Positions 19,506-32,846 of a stretch of DNA of 64,000 nt are shown piece after piece; within the stretch, counting starts at the first letter, position 1, and every line of letters begins with the position of its first letter. The position numbers and the translations under genes are program-made. Under the pieces are notes generated by a model. That model was not told the DNA's origin. It ran no database searches and was given only the letters and a program-made list of their open reading frames with translations. Where the stretch lies: assembly GCA_963664435.2 (NCBI GenBank), contig CAXXKM010000001.1, forward strand, positions 1,120,001 to 1,184,000. Direction: 5' to 3'. The DNA comes from Longimicrobiales bacterium. Its GTDB lineage: Bacteria > Gemmatimonadota > Gemmatimonadetes > Longimicrobiales > Gaopeijiaceae.

Positions 19506-19793
19506 ATGGCCATGGCTAACCCGCCACACCCGGGTGGCATCGTCAAGCGGCAGTGTCTCGAACCCCTGGGGCTGACCGTGACCCGCGCCGCGAAGGGTCT
19601 GGGCGTTACCCGGCAGGCGCTTTCGGAACTGGTGAACGAACGAACGGGGGTTTCGGTGGAGATGGCCATAAGATTGTCGAAGGCCTTCGGCTCTACGCCG
19701 GAAACCTGGCTGGGAATGCAGACGGCCTACGATCTCTGGCAGTCCCGCGACCGCGGCCGGGAAATCGCCGTAGAACGTTTCGTTGCGGCGTGA
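19506..19793 (+). CDS. higA: HigA-family addiction-module antitoxin (Xre HTH), no adjacent HigB
   Basis: PPHPGG, LGVTRQALSELVN, MAIRLSKAFGSTPETWLGMQ; RBS AAGGAG. Confidence 0.88.
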   Translation: MAMANPPHPGGIVKRQCLEPLGLTVTRAAKGLGVTRQALSELVNERTGVSVEMAIRLSKAFGSTPETWLGMQTAYDLWQSRDRGREIAVERFVAA

Positions 19794-20197
19794 AACCCAA
19801 ACTCCTCTCAGGCGGGAACCCCCAGATTCCCAAGGGCGATGGCAATGCACCCGTGCAGGCCTACCTTGCGGCCATGCCCGGCTGGAAACGCGACGTCGGC
19901 CGCTACCTCGACACGCTGATCGAGCGCAACGTGCCAGGTGTCCGCAAGGCCGTCCGATGGAACACGCCCTTCTACGGCATCGAAGGCCAAGGCTGGTTCC
20001 TCGCCTACCACTGCTTCACGAAGTACGTCAAGGTGACCTTCCTCAACGGCGCCTCGCTGCGTCCCGTTCCGCCGGTCATTTCAAGGCATGAGGACGTGCG
20101 CTACTTCCACATCCACGAGGAAGACGAGCCCGACGAGGAGCTCCTGGTGAACTGGGTCAAGCAGGCGTCCGCGCTGCCCGGGGACGACGTCTTCTAG
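19790..20197 (+). CDS. DUF1801 (YdhG-like) protein
   Basis: LLSGGNPQIPKGDG, KAVRWNTPFYG, YVKVTF; GTGA overlap with higA stop. Confidence 0.75.
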   Translation: MKPKLLSGGNPQIPKGDGNAPVQAYLAAMPGWKRDVGRYLDTLIERNVPGVRKAVRWNTPFYGIEGQGWFLAYHCFTKYVKVTFLNGASLRPVPPVISRHEDVRYFHIHEEDEPDEELLVNWVKQASALPGDDVF

Positions 20198-21333
20198 TCG
20201 CGTCCGGGCGCGACATTCGCGAAGAGTCCGTTCGGCGCGCCTGAGTTCGCGGTCACGATGTCCGGGAACCCGTCGCCGTTCAGATCGCCCACCCCCAGCC
20301 CGTAGGTCGCGCAGTCCGCGCACCCGAAACGGAGTTCGTCGAACGCCGGGGGCTCGCCGCCCCGGTTGAAGTAGACGGCGTTCGGAGCGCCCACGTTCGC
20401 AACGACGATGTCCGGGTCCCCGTCGAGGTCCAGGTCCGCGAGCTGGACCGCGTAACTCTGGTCGTCGTCCCGTCCGAAAGGCAGGCTGCGCTCGAACCCG
20501 CCCGACCCGTCGCCGAAGTACACCGCGTTCGCCTCGCCGATGTTCGCCGTCACGATGTCCTGGACGCCGTCGCCGTCCACGTCGCCCACCGCCGCTCCGC
20601 GCGTCTCGTCGCTCCCGGTGCCGTACCCGCTCACCCGATCGAAGCTGCCGCCATCGTTCCAGTGGATGGTGTTCGCTCCACCGTCCCGGTTGGCGAGCAC
20701 GAGGTCCGAGTCCCCGTCCCCGTCGAGGTCCGCGGCAACGACATCGATGGTCGAGTCGTCCCCGGCCCCGAACGGTGCCCCCTCGCCGAAGGCCCCCGAG
20801 CCGTCTCCATGGAAGATGAAGTTCTGGCGGCCCCGGTTGACCACCAGGATGTCCATGTGTCCATCGCTGTCCAGATCGGCCAGCGTCAGGCTTCGCGTCG
20901 AGCTTGGCGTGCCGAACGTGGCTCCGGCTTCGAAATGGCCCTTCCCGTCGTTCATGAAGAGGAGGCTCCGCGTGCGGTCGTTTCCCACCGCGACATCCAG
21001 GTCTCCGTCGCCATCGAAATCGGCGAGCGGAACGGCATAGCTGCCGGCCTCCTCCTCACCCAGCCGCCGCGCCAGGGTGAAGGCGGCTCCCCCGTCGTTG
21101 AAGTAGACCCGATTCTGCTCGGCCCAGTGGCGGCCGTTGGCGACGACGACGTCCAGCGTGCCGTCACCGTTCACGTCGCCGAGGCTCACCGAGGCCGTCA
21201 GTTCGCTGCCGCCGCCGAGCGACCTGAGGGGGCGGAAGGTGCGCTCCTGGCCGGCGAGGGAGGCCACGGCAACCGGATGTGCGAGGAGGGTCAGCAGCAG
21301 GCCGGCGACCTGCAATCTGGTCCGATTCCTCAT
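20194..21333 (-). CDS. Secreted FG-GAP/VCBS repeat beta-propeller protein
   Basis: Signal peptide plus about seven DxDGDGxxD repeats. Confidence 0.88.
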   Translation of the reverse strand: MRNRTRLQVAGLLLTLLAHPVAVASLAGQERTFRPLRSLGGGSELTASVSLGDVNGDGTLDVVVANGRHWAEQNRVYFNDGGAAFTLARRLGEEEAGSYAVPLADFDGDGDLDVAVGNDRTRSLLFMNDGKGHFEAGATFGTPSSTRSLTLADLDSDGHMDILVVNRGRQNFIFHGDGSGAFGEGAPFGAGDDSTIDVVAADLDGDGDSDLVLANRDGGANTIHWNDGGSFDRVSGYGTGSDETRGAAVGDVDGDGVQDIVTANIGEANAVYFGDGSGGFERSLPFGRDDDQSYAVQLADLDLDGDPDIVVANVGAPNAVYFNRGGEPPAFDELRFGCADCATYGLGVGDLNGDGFPDIVTANSGAPNGLFANVAPGRD

Positions 21334-21546
21334 GTGTCCTCTCCTGCCAAGGCGGTTCGACGCTTGGAACTCCAGTGCCCGAATTGATAGAGCAGGGCAC
21401 GATGCAAGGCCAGTGACCGCGAAGTCCCACTCCGCCATTCTCCCGCCCGCCCATGGAACCCATCGTCCTTCCGAGATCACCGAAGGACGCGGAGGCCTGA
21501 CCCGAGACCGACTCGTCGTCCTTCCCGGCCACGAAAACCGCGGACC

Positions 21547-22530
21547 ATGGCCCGGACGCGAAACCGGCGCAGGAAACGGAAGCACGATGCTTCCTACAAG
21601 AAGATCTTCGCCCACAGGCGCACCATCGGGGACCTCCTCCGCGGATTCGCCGGCAAGCTCGCCCGGCACCTCGACTTCTCGACGCTGGAACGGCTCCCGG
21701 CCAGCTTCGTCACCGAGCACCTGGGCCAGCGACACGCCGACATGTTGTGGAAGATCCAGACCGCCAATGGAGGTTGGCTCTACCTGCTCATCTGGCTGGA
21801 GTTTCAGTCCACGATCGACTATGACATGGCCCTGCGGATGCTCGACTACACGGTTCGCGTGCTGCAGGGTCTCGGCAGCGACGAACGGGGCCCCGGTGGC
21901 AAGTATCCGCCCCTCCTGCCTGTCGTCATCTACAACGGCGAGGGGCGCTGGACAGCTGCGGCAGACACCGGTGAACTGTTCGCCTCGATGCCTGACGAGC
22001 TGCTTGGGTACCGCCCCCGACATCAGTATCTTCTGCTGGACCTCAGGGCGCTTGATCCCACTGTGTTGCCACCGGAGAATGTCGTCTCGCTGATCGCGAT
22101 GCTCGAGCAGGCTCGGTCACAGGGACAGCTTGAGAAGTTGGGGGCTTCGCTGGCGGACTGGCTTCTGCGAGTCGGAGAGACGAGGCTGCTCGACAGTTTC
22201 GTGGCATGGATCACACAGGTGCTGGCGCGAACCGACGCGGCGGGCAGGACGCTCGAATTGCGGACCAGGAGCGAGGAGGAAAGAACGATGTCGACGTTGG
22301 CCGAGCGGGTCAGGAAGTGGGGCGACGAGCTCAATCAGCAGTGGCTGGAGAAGGGGGAGCGGCAGATGGTCTCCCGGCTGGCTGCCCGCAGATTCGGTCC
22401 TGGCATCGCCGAGCAGCTCTCCCCGTTGCTCGATAAGCTGTCGGACCCGGATAGCATCGCCGCGGTCGCCACCATGGTGTTTGAATGCGAGAACGGCGCG
22501 GACTTCATCGCGCGGGCACGTGAGGTGTAG
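21547..22530 (+). CDS. Rpn/YhgA-like PD-(D/E)xK nuclease (Transposase_31 family)
   Basis: HDASYKKIF, ADMLWKI, LEFQS, PVVIYNG motifs. Confidence 0.88.
   Translation: MARTRNRRRKRKHDASYKKIFAHRRTIGDLLRGFAGKLARHLDFSTLERLPASFVTEHLGQRHADMLWKIQTANGGWLYLLIWLEFQSTIDYDMALRMLDYTVRVLQGLGSDERGPGGKYPPLLPVVIYNGEGRWTAAADTGELFASMPDELLGYRPRHQYLLLDLRALDPTVLPPENVVSLIAMLEQARSQGQLEKLGASLADWLLRVGETRLLDSFVAWITQVLARTDAAGRTLELRTRSEEERTMSTLAERVRKWGDELNQQWLEKGERQMVSRLAARRFGPGIAEQLSPLLDKLSDPDSIAAVATMVFECENGADFIARAREV
22288..22530 (+). CDS. Putative intragenic small Rpn inhibitor (RpnS-like), 80 aa
   Basis: GAGGAGG at 22273-22279 then in-frame ATG at 22288 (MSTLAERVRKW...). Confidence 0.65.
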   Translation: MSTLAERVRKWGDELNQQWLEKGERQMVSRLAARRFGPGIAEQLSPLLDKLSDPDSIAAVATMVFECENGADFIARAREV

Positions 22531-22556
22531 GGTTCGGCACCAGTCGCTCCCGCCCC

Positions 22557-23831
22557 TCAGTACCCCAACACCCCCGGCAGCCACAACACCACCCCCGGCA
22601 CCACCGCGACCACGACCGTAAGCCCCAACATCAGCGCCAGATACGGCCATAGCGGCCGCGCCACCTCCGCCGGCTCGACGCCTCCAACCGAGCAGGCCAC
22701 CAGCAGACTCACGCCCACGGGCGGCAGGAACACGGAGATCCCCTGGGTCGCCACGATGACGGCGCCGTAGTGGACCGGGTCGATCCCCAGCTGCGTCGCC
22801 AGGGGCAGCAGGATCGGCGTCAGCAGAACCACCGCGGGCACACCCTCGAGGATCGCGCCCAGCGGGAGGAAGACGAGAATCGTGAGGATCATGAAGCCGG
22901 CCTGCCCACCTCCCATCCCCGCGACCGATGCCGCCAGCGCCTGCGGCACCTGGGTGACGGCAAGCACCCAGCCCAGCAGGCGCGCGGCGCCCACCACGAA
23001 CAGCACCATCCCGGACACCATCGCGGTCTGGACGACCTTGGCCCACAGGTCGCGGGCCGAGAGGGACCGGTACACCAGCCCGGCCAACAGCAGCGCGTAG
23101 GCGACGGCAACCGCGGCGGCCTCCGTGGGCGTGAAGAGCCCGAAGCGGATGCCGCCCAGGATGACCACGATCATGAAGAGGGGGAGCAGGGCGTCGATCG
23201 CCGCGCGCCGCACTTCCGCGAAGGATGCGCGCTCCCCGGCCGGCCATCCCTGCCTCCGCGCCTGCCATCCGATCTGAATCATCAGGCCCACGGCGATGAG
23301 GAGCGCGGGTACGATCGAGGCGACGAACAGGGCGCCGATGGAGACGTTGCCGATGACGCCGTAGACGACCATCACGATGGCCGGCGGAATGAGGATTCCC
23401 ATCCCGCACGCGGCAGAGACGATGGCGGTGGCGCGCGCGCGGCCGTACCCGTTCGCGGTCAGCTGGGGCACCATGATGCCACCGATGGCGGCCGCGTCCG
23501 CGGACGTGGAGCCCGACACCCCCGAGAAGAATATCTCGGCCATGATCACCACCTGCCCGAGTCCTCCGGGGAGGTTTCCGACGAGCGCCCGCGCCAACGT
23601 CACCAGGCGGCGGCTGATCCCCCCGACGTCCATCAGGAAGCCGGCCAGGATGAAAAGGGGCACGGCGAGCATGGGGAAGGAGTCCATCCCCGCGACGATC
23701 TGCTGCGGGATGATGACGAGCGGGAGGTCCGCCACCACGATGGCGACAACGGCCGCGATCGCGAGCGCAAAGCCGATGGGCACGGCGGCCAGCACCAGCA
23801 GGCCGAAGATGCCAAGGAGGAACGCGCCCAT
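22557..23831 (-). CDS. dctM: TRAP transporter large permease DctM
   Basis: SFPMLAVPLFILAG, SGSTSADAAAIG, LIPPAI, FTPTEAA. Confidence 0.92.
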   Translation of the reverse strand: MGAFLLGIFGLLVLAAVPIGFALAIAAVVAIVVADLPLVIIPQQIVAGMDSFPMLAVPLFILAGFLMDVGGISRRLVTLARALVGNLPGGLGQVVIMAEIFFSGVSGSTSADAAAIGGIMVPQLTANGYGRARATAIVSAACGMGILIPPAIVMVVYGVIGNVSIGALFVASIVPALLIAVGLMIQIGWQARRQGWPAGERASFAEVRRAAIDALLPLFMIVVILGGIRFGLFTPTEAAAVAVAYALLLAGLVYRSLSARDLWAKVVQTAMVSGMVLFVVGAARLLGWVLAVTQVPQALAASVAGMGGGQAGFMILTILVFLPLGAILEGVPAVVLLTPILLPLATQLGIDPVHYGAVIVATQGISVFLPPVGVSLLVACSVGGVEPAEVARPLWPYLALMLGLTVVVAVVPGVVLWLPGVLGY

Positions 23832-24304
23832 CAGCCGGAGTCCTCCCTGACCCATCCCGCCACCATGTGCACCACCATCAGCACCCCGGACACCGGCGCG
23901 GCCGCGTAGACCAACGCGACGGGCAGGTTCAGCGCCGGAGACCGCTCTCCCATGGTGAGGTCCATGAGGGCGATCCCGGTGCCGATGAGCAGGAGCGAGA
24001 ACAGCAGCACAGCCGCCCGCGCGAACGTCTCCACGACCCGCTTCGCGCGCGGAGCCAACGCCTTCGTGACCTGATCGAACCCGAAATGCGCCCGATGCTC
24101 CACCGCCAGCGACGCCCCCAGCAGCGACACCCAGATGAAGCAGAAGCGCGAGACCTCCTCGCTCCACGGATTCGGGTACGCGAAGAGGTAGCGCATGAGG
24201 ACCTGGAGGAGAACCACGGCAGCGACCGTGATCACGAGCCCGCCGGCGGCAAAGGTCTCGAATCGAACCAGAGCCCTGTTGAGGGCGCGGAGACGTCGCG
24301 TCAT
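23831..24304 (-). CDS. dctQ: TRAP transporter small permease DctQ
   Basis: QVLMRY, WSEEVSR, four TM helices; translationally coupled to dctM. Confidence 0.9.
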   Translation of the reverse strand: MTRRLRALNRALVRFETFAAGGLVITVAAVVLLQVLMRYLFAYPNPWSEEVSRFCFIWVSLLGASLAVEHRAHFGFDQVTKALAPRAKRVVETFARAAVLLFSLLLIGTGIALMDLTMGERSPALNLPVALVYAAAPVSGVLMVVHMVAGWVREDSG

Positions 24305-24403
24305 GCGCTCATCGCCCAGGCTCGCGGAATCGGCACTCCGCCTCGGTCCGCGTCATCTGCTTGCTACCTCGGGTCCGTCCTCTTTCTCTCCGCTTACATC
24401 CTG

Positions 24404-24430
24404 TTTTACGCATTTTACGCATTTTACGCA
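24404..24430. repeat. Three tandem 9-bp repeats TTTTACGCA
   Basis: Directly visible AT-rich tandem in the dctP-dctQ insertion. Confidence 0.8.
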
Positions 24431-24538
24431 TTCCGACCGGTTACCTGGGCTGAACGCTCGAAGCCATCGCGTCATTCGCTCGCGGTTTCGGCCCCCGTCA
24501 GCTTGTGGAAACAGAGGCAGGCCCCTGGGCTGGGGGGG

Positions 24539-24745
24539 TCACTCAAACAGTTCGGCGTGAGTACCGGCTCGGGCAAAATAGATGGACCCGCCTGGCCCGT
24601 CTGTGTCGTCGACACGATAGATCAGCAGGAAATCACCGCCGACGTGACATTCCCGGTAGCGGGCCCATGACCCTTTGAGCGCGTGATCTCTTGAGGAATT
24701 GGCGGGCGTAGTCAACCCGCCGCGGCAGCCGAGCCCTCTTACTCG
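24539..24745 (-). pseudogene. yafQ: YafQ-like toxin with internal deletion and frameshift
   Basis: Minus strand reads SKRARLPRRVDYARQFLK, then in another frame DHALKGSWARYRECHVGGDFLLIYR...ARAGTHAELFE*. Confidence 0.8.
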
Positions 24746-25020
24746 CGGGAGGCTTCTTCAAGCTCCGCAAACATCTCGTCGGCACTCATGAGTCGCGCAG
24801 CCCGCGTCTTCACCATCTCGTCGACCTCGGCCATGGCCTGCCGGGTTTGCGCGTTCGGTACCTTGAGTTCGAGCGGGAAGGCCTGATCTACGGCAATTCG
24901 GTGGAAGAGCAGCCGTACAGCCTGCGACGCGGTCATCCCCATCGCCGCCAGCGCCGTCGTCGCCTTCCGCTTCATTTCGGTGTCCATCCGAACGTGTAGC
25001 ATCGAACTGTGTGCCTTCAT
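24739..25020 (-). CDS. dinJ: RelB/DinJ-family antitoxin
   Basis: LHVRMD...GMTASQAVRL...FPLELKVPNAQT; RBS AGGAGG; near-palindrome TCTCA-TT-TGAGA at 25035-25046. Confidence 0.85.
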   Translation of the reverse strand: MKAHSSMLHVRMDTEMKRKATTALAAMGMTASQAVRLLFHRIAVDQAFPLELKVPNAQTRQAMAEVDEMVKTRAARLMSADEMFAELEEASRE

Positions 25021-25096
25021 CTCGGCCTCCTGTATCTCATTTGAGACAAAATGCCTTTCCATGGCGACCGACGTCAACCCGAGGCCGCGCTCAGGT

Positions 25097-26266
25097 CTAG
25101 GAACCCGCACCCCCCGCCTCCTCCACCAGCCGTGCGATCAGTGCCTCGCCGTCCGGGAGCCTGGCCCCCAATTCGTCCCAAATGCGCGGCCGCACCGCCG
25201 GCGCAAACGGCGCCAGGTCCGGGCGCGAAATCTCCACGCCTGCCGCGCGCATCTGCTCGATGGCCTCCGCCTCCATCCGGCGGGCCTCTTCGCTCTGGTA
25301 GGCAAGCGCGTCAGCCGCCGAGCGGTCGACCGTCTCCCTGATGTCCGGGGGCAGCCCCGCGTAGAACTGCTCGTTCACCAGGAGCGTGATCGGGTTGTAG
25401 GTGATGGACGTGAAGCTGTAGAAGCGGGCCACCTCGTAGAGCCGGCTGCTCACGAATCCGATCGCGTTCGCCTCTCCGCCGTCGATCACGCCCTGCTGGA
25501 GCGCGGAGTAGACCTCGCCGTAGTTCATCGGGGTCGCCTGGACGCCGAGCGCCGAATAGGCCGCCAGGTACGTCGCGTTCTGAAGGACCCGGAGCTTCAG
25601 TCCGGCGAGATCCCCGGGCGCCTCTACGGGCCGGCGCCGGTTGTACACGTGGCGGAATCCGTAGTCGAGGAAGCCCAGCGACCGGACGCCGGTGCGCTCC
25701 AGCAGGAGCTCGCGCCACCAGTCACCGACAGCCCCGTTCATCACTCTGAGCCCGTGATCCCGGTTCTCGAAGAGGAGCGGGAGGTCGAACATCTGCCCCT
25801 CGGGCACCCAGCCCGAGAGCACCGGCGTGCCCGTGATGGCCATGTGCACCGCGCCGACCTGGATCTGCTCGAAGGCCACGCGCTCGCCCCCGAGCTGCCC
25901 CGATGGATAGATGACGACCCGGAAGCGGCCGCCGGTGCGCTCGAGCATGAGGTCCCGGAAGCGCTCCGCCAGGAGATGGAACTCCGAGTTGGTCGAGAGC
26001 ACGTGGGAGAAGCGGACCTCCCAGGCGGGTGCCTCGCCCCGGGGCGTGCCGTCGGAGTCTGCGGACTCGGGGCCGCGGCAGGACGCCAGCAGAAGCGCTG
26101 CCCCCAGCGCCAGCAGTCTTCCACACGCTGCAACGCCGAAGCCACGCCGAACGCCCGCAGATCCGAGGCCACGCCGAACGCCCGCAGATCCGAGGCCACG
26201 CCGAAACCGCGCTGACCGTGCCGCCACGCCGAAACCGCGCCGGACCTGCGCAGCCCGCACGTTCAC
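25097..26266 (-). CDS. dctP: TRAP substrate-binding lipoprotein DctP (start uncertain)
   Basis: YPSGQLGGE, GFRHV, DLAGLKLRV, EVYSALQQGVIDG; lipobox LASC. Confidence 0.9.
   Translation of the reverse strand: MNVRAAQVRRGFGVAARSARFRRGLGSAGVRRGLGSAGVRRGFGVAACGRLLALGAALLLASCRGPESADSDGTPRGEAPAWEVRFSHVLSTNSEFHLLAERFRDLMLERTGGRFRVVIYPSGQLGGERVAFEQIQVGAVHMAITGTPVLSGWVPEGQMFDLPLLFENRDHGLRVMNGAVGDWWRELLLERTGVRSLGFLDYGFRHVYNRRRPVEAPGDLAGLKLRVLQNATYLAAYSALGVQATPMNYGEVYSALQQGVIDGGEANAIGFVSSRLYEVARFYSFTSITYNPITLLVNEQFYAGLPPDIRETVDRSAADALAYQSEEARRMEAEAIEQMRAAGVEISRPDLAPFAPAVRPRIWDELGARLPDGEALIARLVEEAGGAGS
26141..26240. repeat. 27-bp tandem repeat in the dctP 5' region
   Basis: GCCACGCCGAACGCCCGCAGATCCGAG twice plus two partial copies. 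Confidence 0.8.
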
Positions 26267-26333
26267 GAACGAGCCCCGGGTTGGGATGTCATCCTCGCCC
26301 CCACTTCCGGCGCGGCGCACTTCCCCCCCACCT

Positions 26334-26819
26334 TCACTCCCGGGGAAGTCGCACACCTTCTACGATGTGCCGCTGAATCGCCTCGGCCCAATGGGCCATG
26401 TAGTCGTCGAAGGCCTCGCCGAACGCTCGCACGACATCGTCCGCTTCGGATGACAGCGAGGTCATGCGATACCTCACGGACGCCCGGCTTTGGCTTTCGC
26501 CAGCGGGGGTCACGCGGACGTCGACCAGGGCAGTGTGGTGATCCGGAATCACGTACACGAACGACGCGACGCCCGTGGCGGGCTCATATCGCGTCTGGAC
26601 CCAGGTCGCAGTGCCGACGCCCTCCTTGAGGGTCTGGAACACCAAGCCCTCTGCCGCACGGCCCTCGGTCGGATGGACGTAGCGCGGGTCCCAACCTGCC
26701 ACCCACCGCCGCTCGCCTTCCGCGCTGAACAGCGGAAACGCCTCCGCAAACGGCAGGGCCATCGCCACGACGCCCGTCCTCTCTACGTGAACGCGCTCTC
26801 CCGCGTCGTCATTCGCCAT
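26334..26819 (-). CDS. Hypothetical SRPBCC/START-like protein
   Basis: AFPLFSAEGERRWVAGWDP; C-terminal helix ...MAHWAEAI. Confidence 0.6.
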   Translation of the reverse strand: MANDDAGERVHVERTGVVAMALPFAEAFPLFSAEGERRWVAGWDPRYVHPTEGRAAEGLVFQTLKEGVGTATWVQTRYEPATGVASFVYVIPDHHTALVDVRVTPAGESQSRASVRYRMTSLSSEADDVVRAFGEAFDDYMAHWAEAIQRHIVEGVRLPRE

Positions 26820-26905
26820 GTTCGCTCCCGGTCCTCGATGTGCCGGCGAAATCGCGGGGCGGCGAAAAGGCCGGCCACCAGCGCAAGAATTCCCACCGTG
26901 CCCCC

Positions 26906-27670
26906 CTACGCACCCCAGATCGTCTGGCCGGCGTCGATGAACAGGCTGGCGCCGGTCACGAGGCGCGCCTCGTCGTTGGACGCGAGGTACACCACCGCCC
27001 CCACCAGGTCGTCCGGGTTGCCGATCAGCCCGAGCGGGATGCGCGCAAGGCGGCGCTCGCGGAACTCCTCCTGCGCGATGTCGGCCCGGTTGAGGTCGGT
27101 CTCGATGAGGCCCGGCGCGATGGCGTTCACCCGGATCCCGTGCGGCGCGAGCTCGAGCGCCATCTGCTTCGTGAGCATCCCGATCCCGGCCTTCGACACG
27201 CAGTAGTGGGCGAGGTTCGGGGCGGCCACCGCCTGCCCGGCGGACGACACGTTGACGATCGCGCCCGGCGTTCCATCCTCGACCATGCGGCGCGCCGCCG
27301 CCTGCCCGACCAGGAAGTACCCCTTCAGGTTGACGTCCAGGATGGCGTCCCACTCCTCCTCTTCGATCTCGAGGAGGGGCGTGCGCATCAGGATGCCGGC
27401 GTTGTTGACCAGGATGTCGATGCCGCCCAGGCAGTCGTGCGCCTCGGCAACGAAGCGTTCGACATCCGACGCCGAGTCCGTGGAGCCCTGCACGGCCACC
27501 GCGCGCCGCCCCATCTCCTCGATCTCGCGGACGGCGCTCTCGGCATCCTCACGACTCCGCCGATAGTTGACCGCTACATCCGCGCCCTCGTGCGCCAGCC
27601 CCAGCGCGATCGCCCGGCCGATGCTCCGCGAGCCGCCGGTGACCAGAGCACGCTTGCCCTCAAGACGCAA
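26906..27670 (-). CDS. Short-chain dehydrogenase/reductase
   Basis: TGGSRSIG, NNAG, YCVSK, VNAIAPG. Confidence 0.92.
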   Translation of the reverse strand: MRLEGKRALVTGGSRSIGRAIALGLAHEGADVAVNYRRSREDAESAVREIEEMGRRAVAVQGSTDSASDVERFVAEAHDCLGGIDILVNNAGILMRTPLLEIEEEEWDAILDVNLKGYFLVGQAAARRMVEDGTPGAIVNVSSAGQAVAAPNLAHYCVSKAGIGMLTKQMALELAPHGIRVNAIAPGLIETDLNRADIAQEEFRERRLARIPLGLIGNPDDLVGAVVYLASNDEARLVTGASLFIDAGQTIWGA

Positions 27671-27672
27671 TG

Positions 27673-31626
<3,954 letters not shown>

Positions 31627-31678
31627 GCATCGCACACGCCCGCCTCGGCGCGCGACGAGCCCGGAGAAGGGCCTACGC

Positions 31679-31800
31679 GGCCCGGATCAGTTCTCGAGCC
31701 ATTTCCTCCGGCCCGGATCAGTCCCGAGCCATTTCCTCCGGCCCGGATCAGTCCCGAGCCGCTTCCCCCGGCCGGGTCAGTCGCGAGCCATGTCCTCCGG
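31679..31800. repeat. Approximately 30-bp tandem repeat (4 copies) derived from the 3' end of the VOC gene
   Basis: GCCCGGATCAGTCCCGAGCCATTTCCTCCG units; the last copy encodes PEDMARD* on the minus strand. Confidence 0.8.
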
Positions 31801-32595
31801 CTTGGAGTGAACCGCGAAGGCGGCACCCTGCGCATCCATGCACACAGCGATGAACTCGCCTCCCGGCACCTCCATGGGCCCGTTGAGCACCTTCCCGCCC
31901 AGCTCGGTGGCCTTCTTCGCCGCCGCGAAGGCATCCGGCACCCGGACGTAGCTCAGCCACGCGGATACGGGCATCTCGGGAGGCCGGTTGTAGAGGCCGC
32001 CCAGAGGATGCGCGCCCCCATGGAACATCTGGTAGATGCCCGCCTCCCCCATGTCCATCCGGTCCGCTTCCTGCCAGCCGAACAACTCCGAATAGAAGGC
32101 CCAGGCGGCCTCCCAGTCGGTGGTCGCCAGTTCGCGCCAGGAGAACTCGCCGAGCTGGGCCGGCTCGTCGTGCCCGGGCGTCACGTCCGAGGGCTGATAC
32201 GCGATGAAGACCGCGTCCAGCGGATCCTTGAGCACGGCCATGCGCCCGACCTGGTCGACATCGACCATCTCGAGAACGCTTCCGCCCAGGCTCTCGGCCT
32301 TCGCGGCGCACGCATCAGCGTCCGGCGTCGACACGTAGAGCAGCCAGTGCGGCGGCACGCCCGCGCTCGCGAGATGCTCGGGGAGCTCCATCATCCCGCC
32401 GATGGGCACGCCCTCATTCATCCACAAATGGTACGGCGTCTCGCTTTCACTCCACTCGCCCATGCCCCAGCCGATCACCTCGCCGTAGAAGGCGGCTGCG
32501 GCTTCGGGGTCGCTGGTGAGCAGTTCGTGCCAGCAGAATCGACCGGTGGGTGTCGTCGTGCTTTCGGAAGGCGCGGTCGCGGTGGTGTCGGACAT
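31777..32595 (-). CDS. Two-domain VOC/glyoxalase-family protein
   Basis: WHELLTSDPEAAAAFY and WRELATTDWEAAWAFY duplicated domains. Confidence 0.88.
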   Translation of the reverse strand: MSDTTATAPSESTTTPTGRFCWHELLTSDPEAAAAFYGEVIGWGMGEWSESETPYHLWMNEGVPIGGMMELPEHLASAGVPPHWLLYVSTPDADACAAKAESLGGSVLEMVDVDQVGRMAVLKDPLDAVFIAYQPSDVTPGHDEPAQLGEFSWRELATTDWEAAWAFYSELFGWQEADRMDMGEAGIYQMFHGGAHPLGGLYNRPPEMPVSAWLSYVRVPDAFAAAKKATELGGKVLNGPMEVPGGEFIAVCMDAQGAAFAVHSKPEDMARD

Positions 32596-32610
32596 GACTT
32601 GGATTCCTCT

Positions 32611-32658
32611 CGGGATGTCGGGGATGGATGTCGGGATGTCGGGGATGGATGTCGGGAT
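32611..32658. repeat. 21-bp tandem repeat in the divergent intergenic region
   Basis: CGGGATGTCGGGGATGGATGT twice plus a partial copy. Confidence 0.75.
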
Positions 32659-32846
32659 CGGGAAAGTGGTTTTCGCGCGGCTCGATCGTTGACTCGATTG
32701 CCGGGCTCAACAATCTTGCCTCGATCCTCGATCCATTCAACGCCCGCGCGATTCGCGGCGCACACGACATCAGCCGCGAGAGGAGACGGCGCGGGCCGCG
32801 ACCCGGCGCGGCGCCACCGCGGCTCAACAGGAAAGGCGACGACTCC

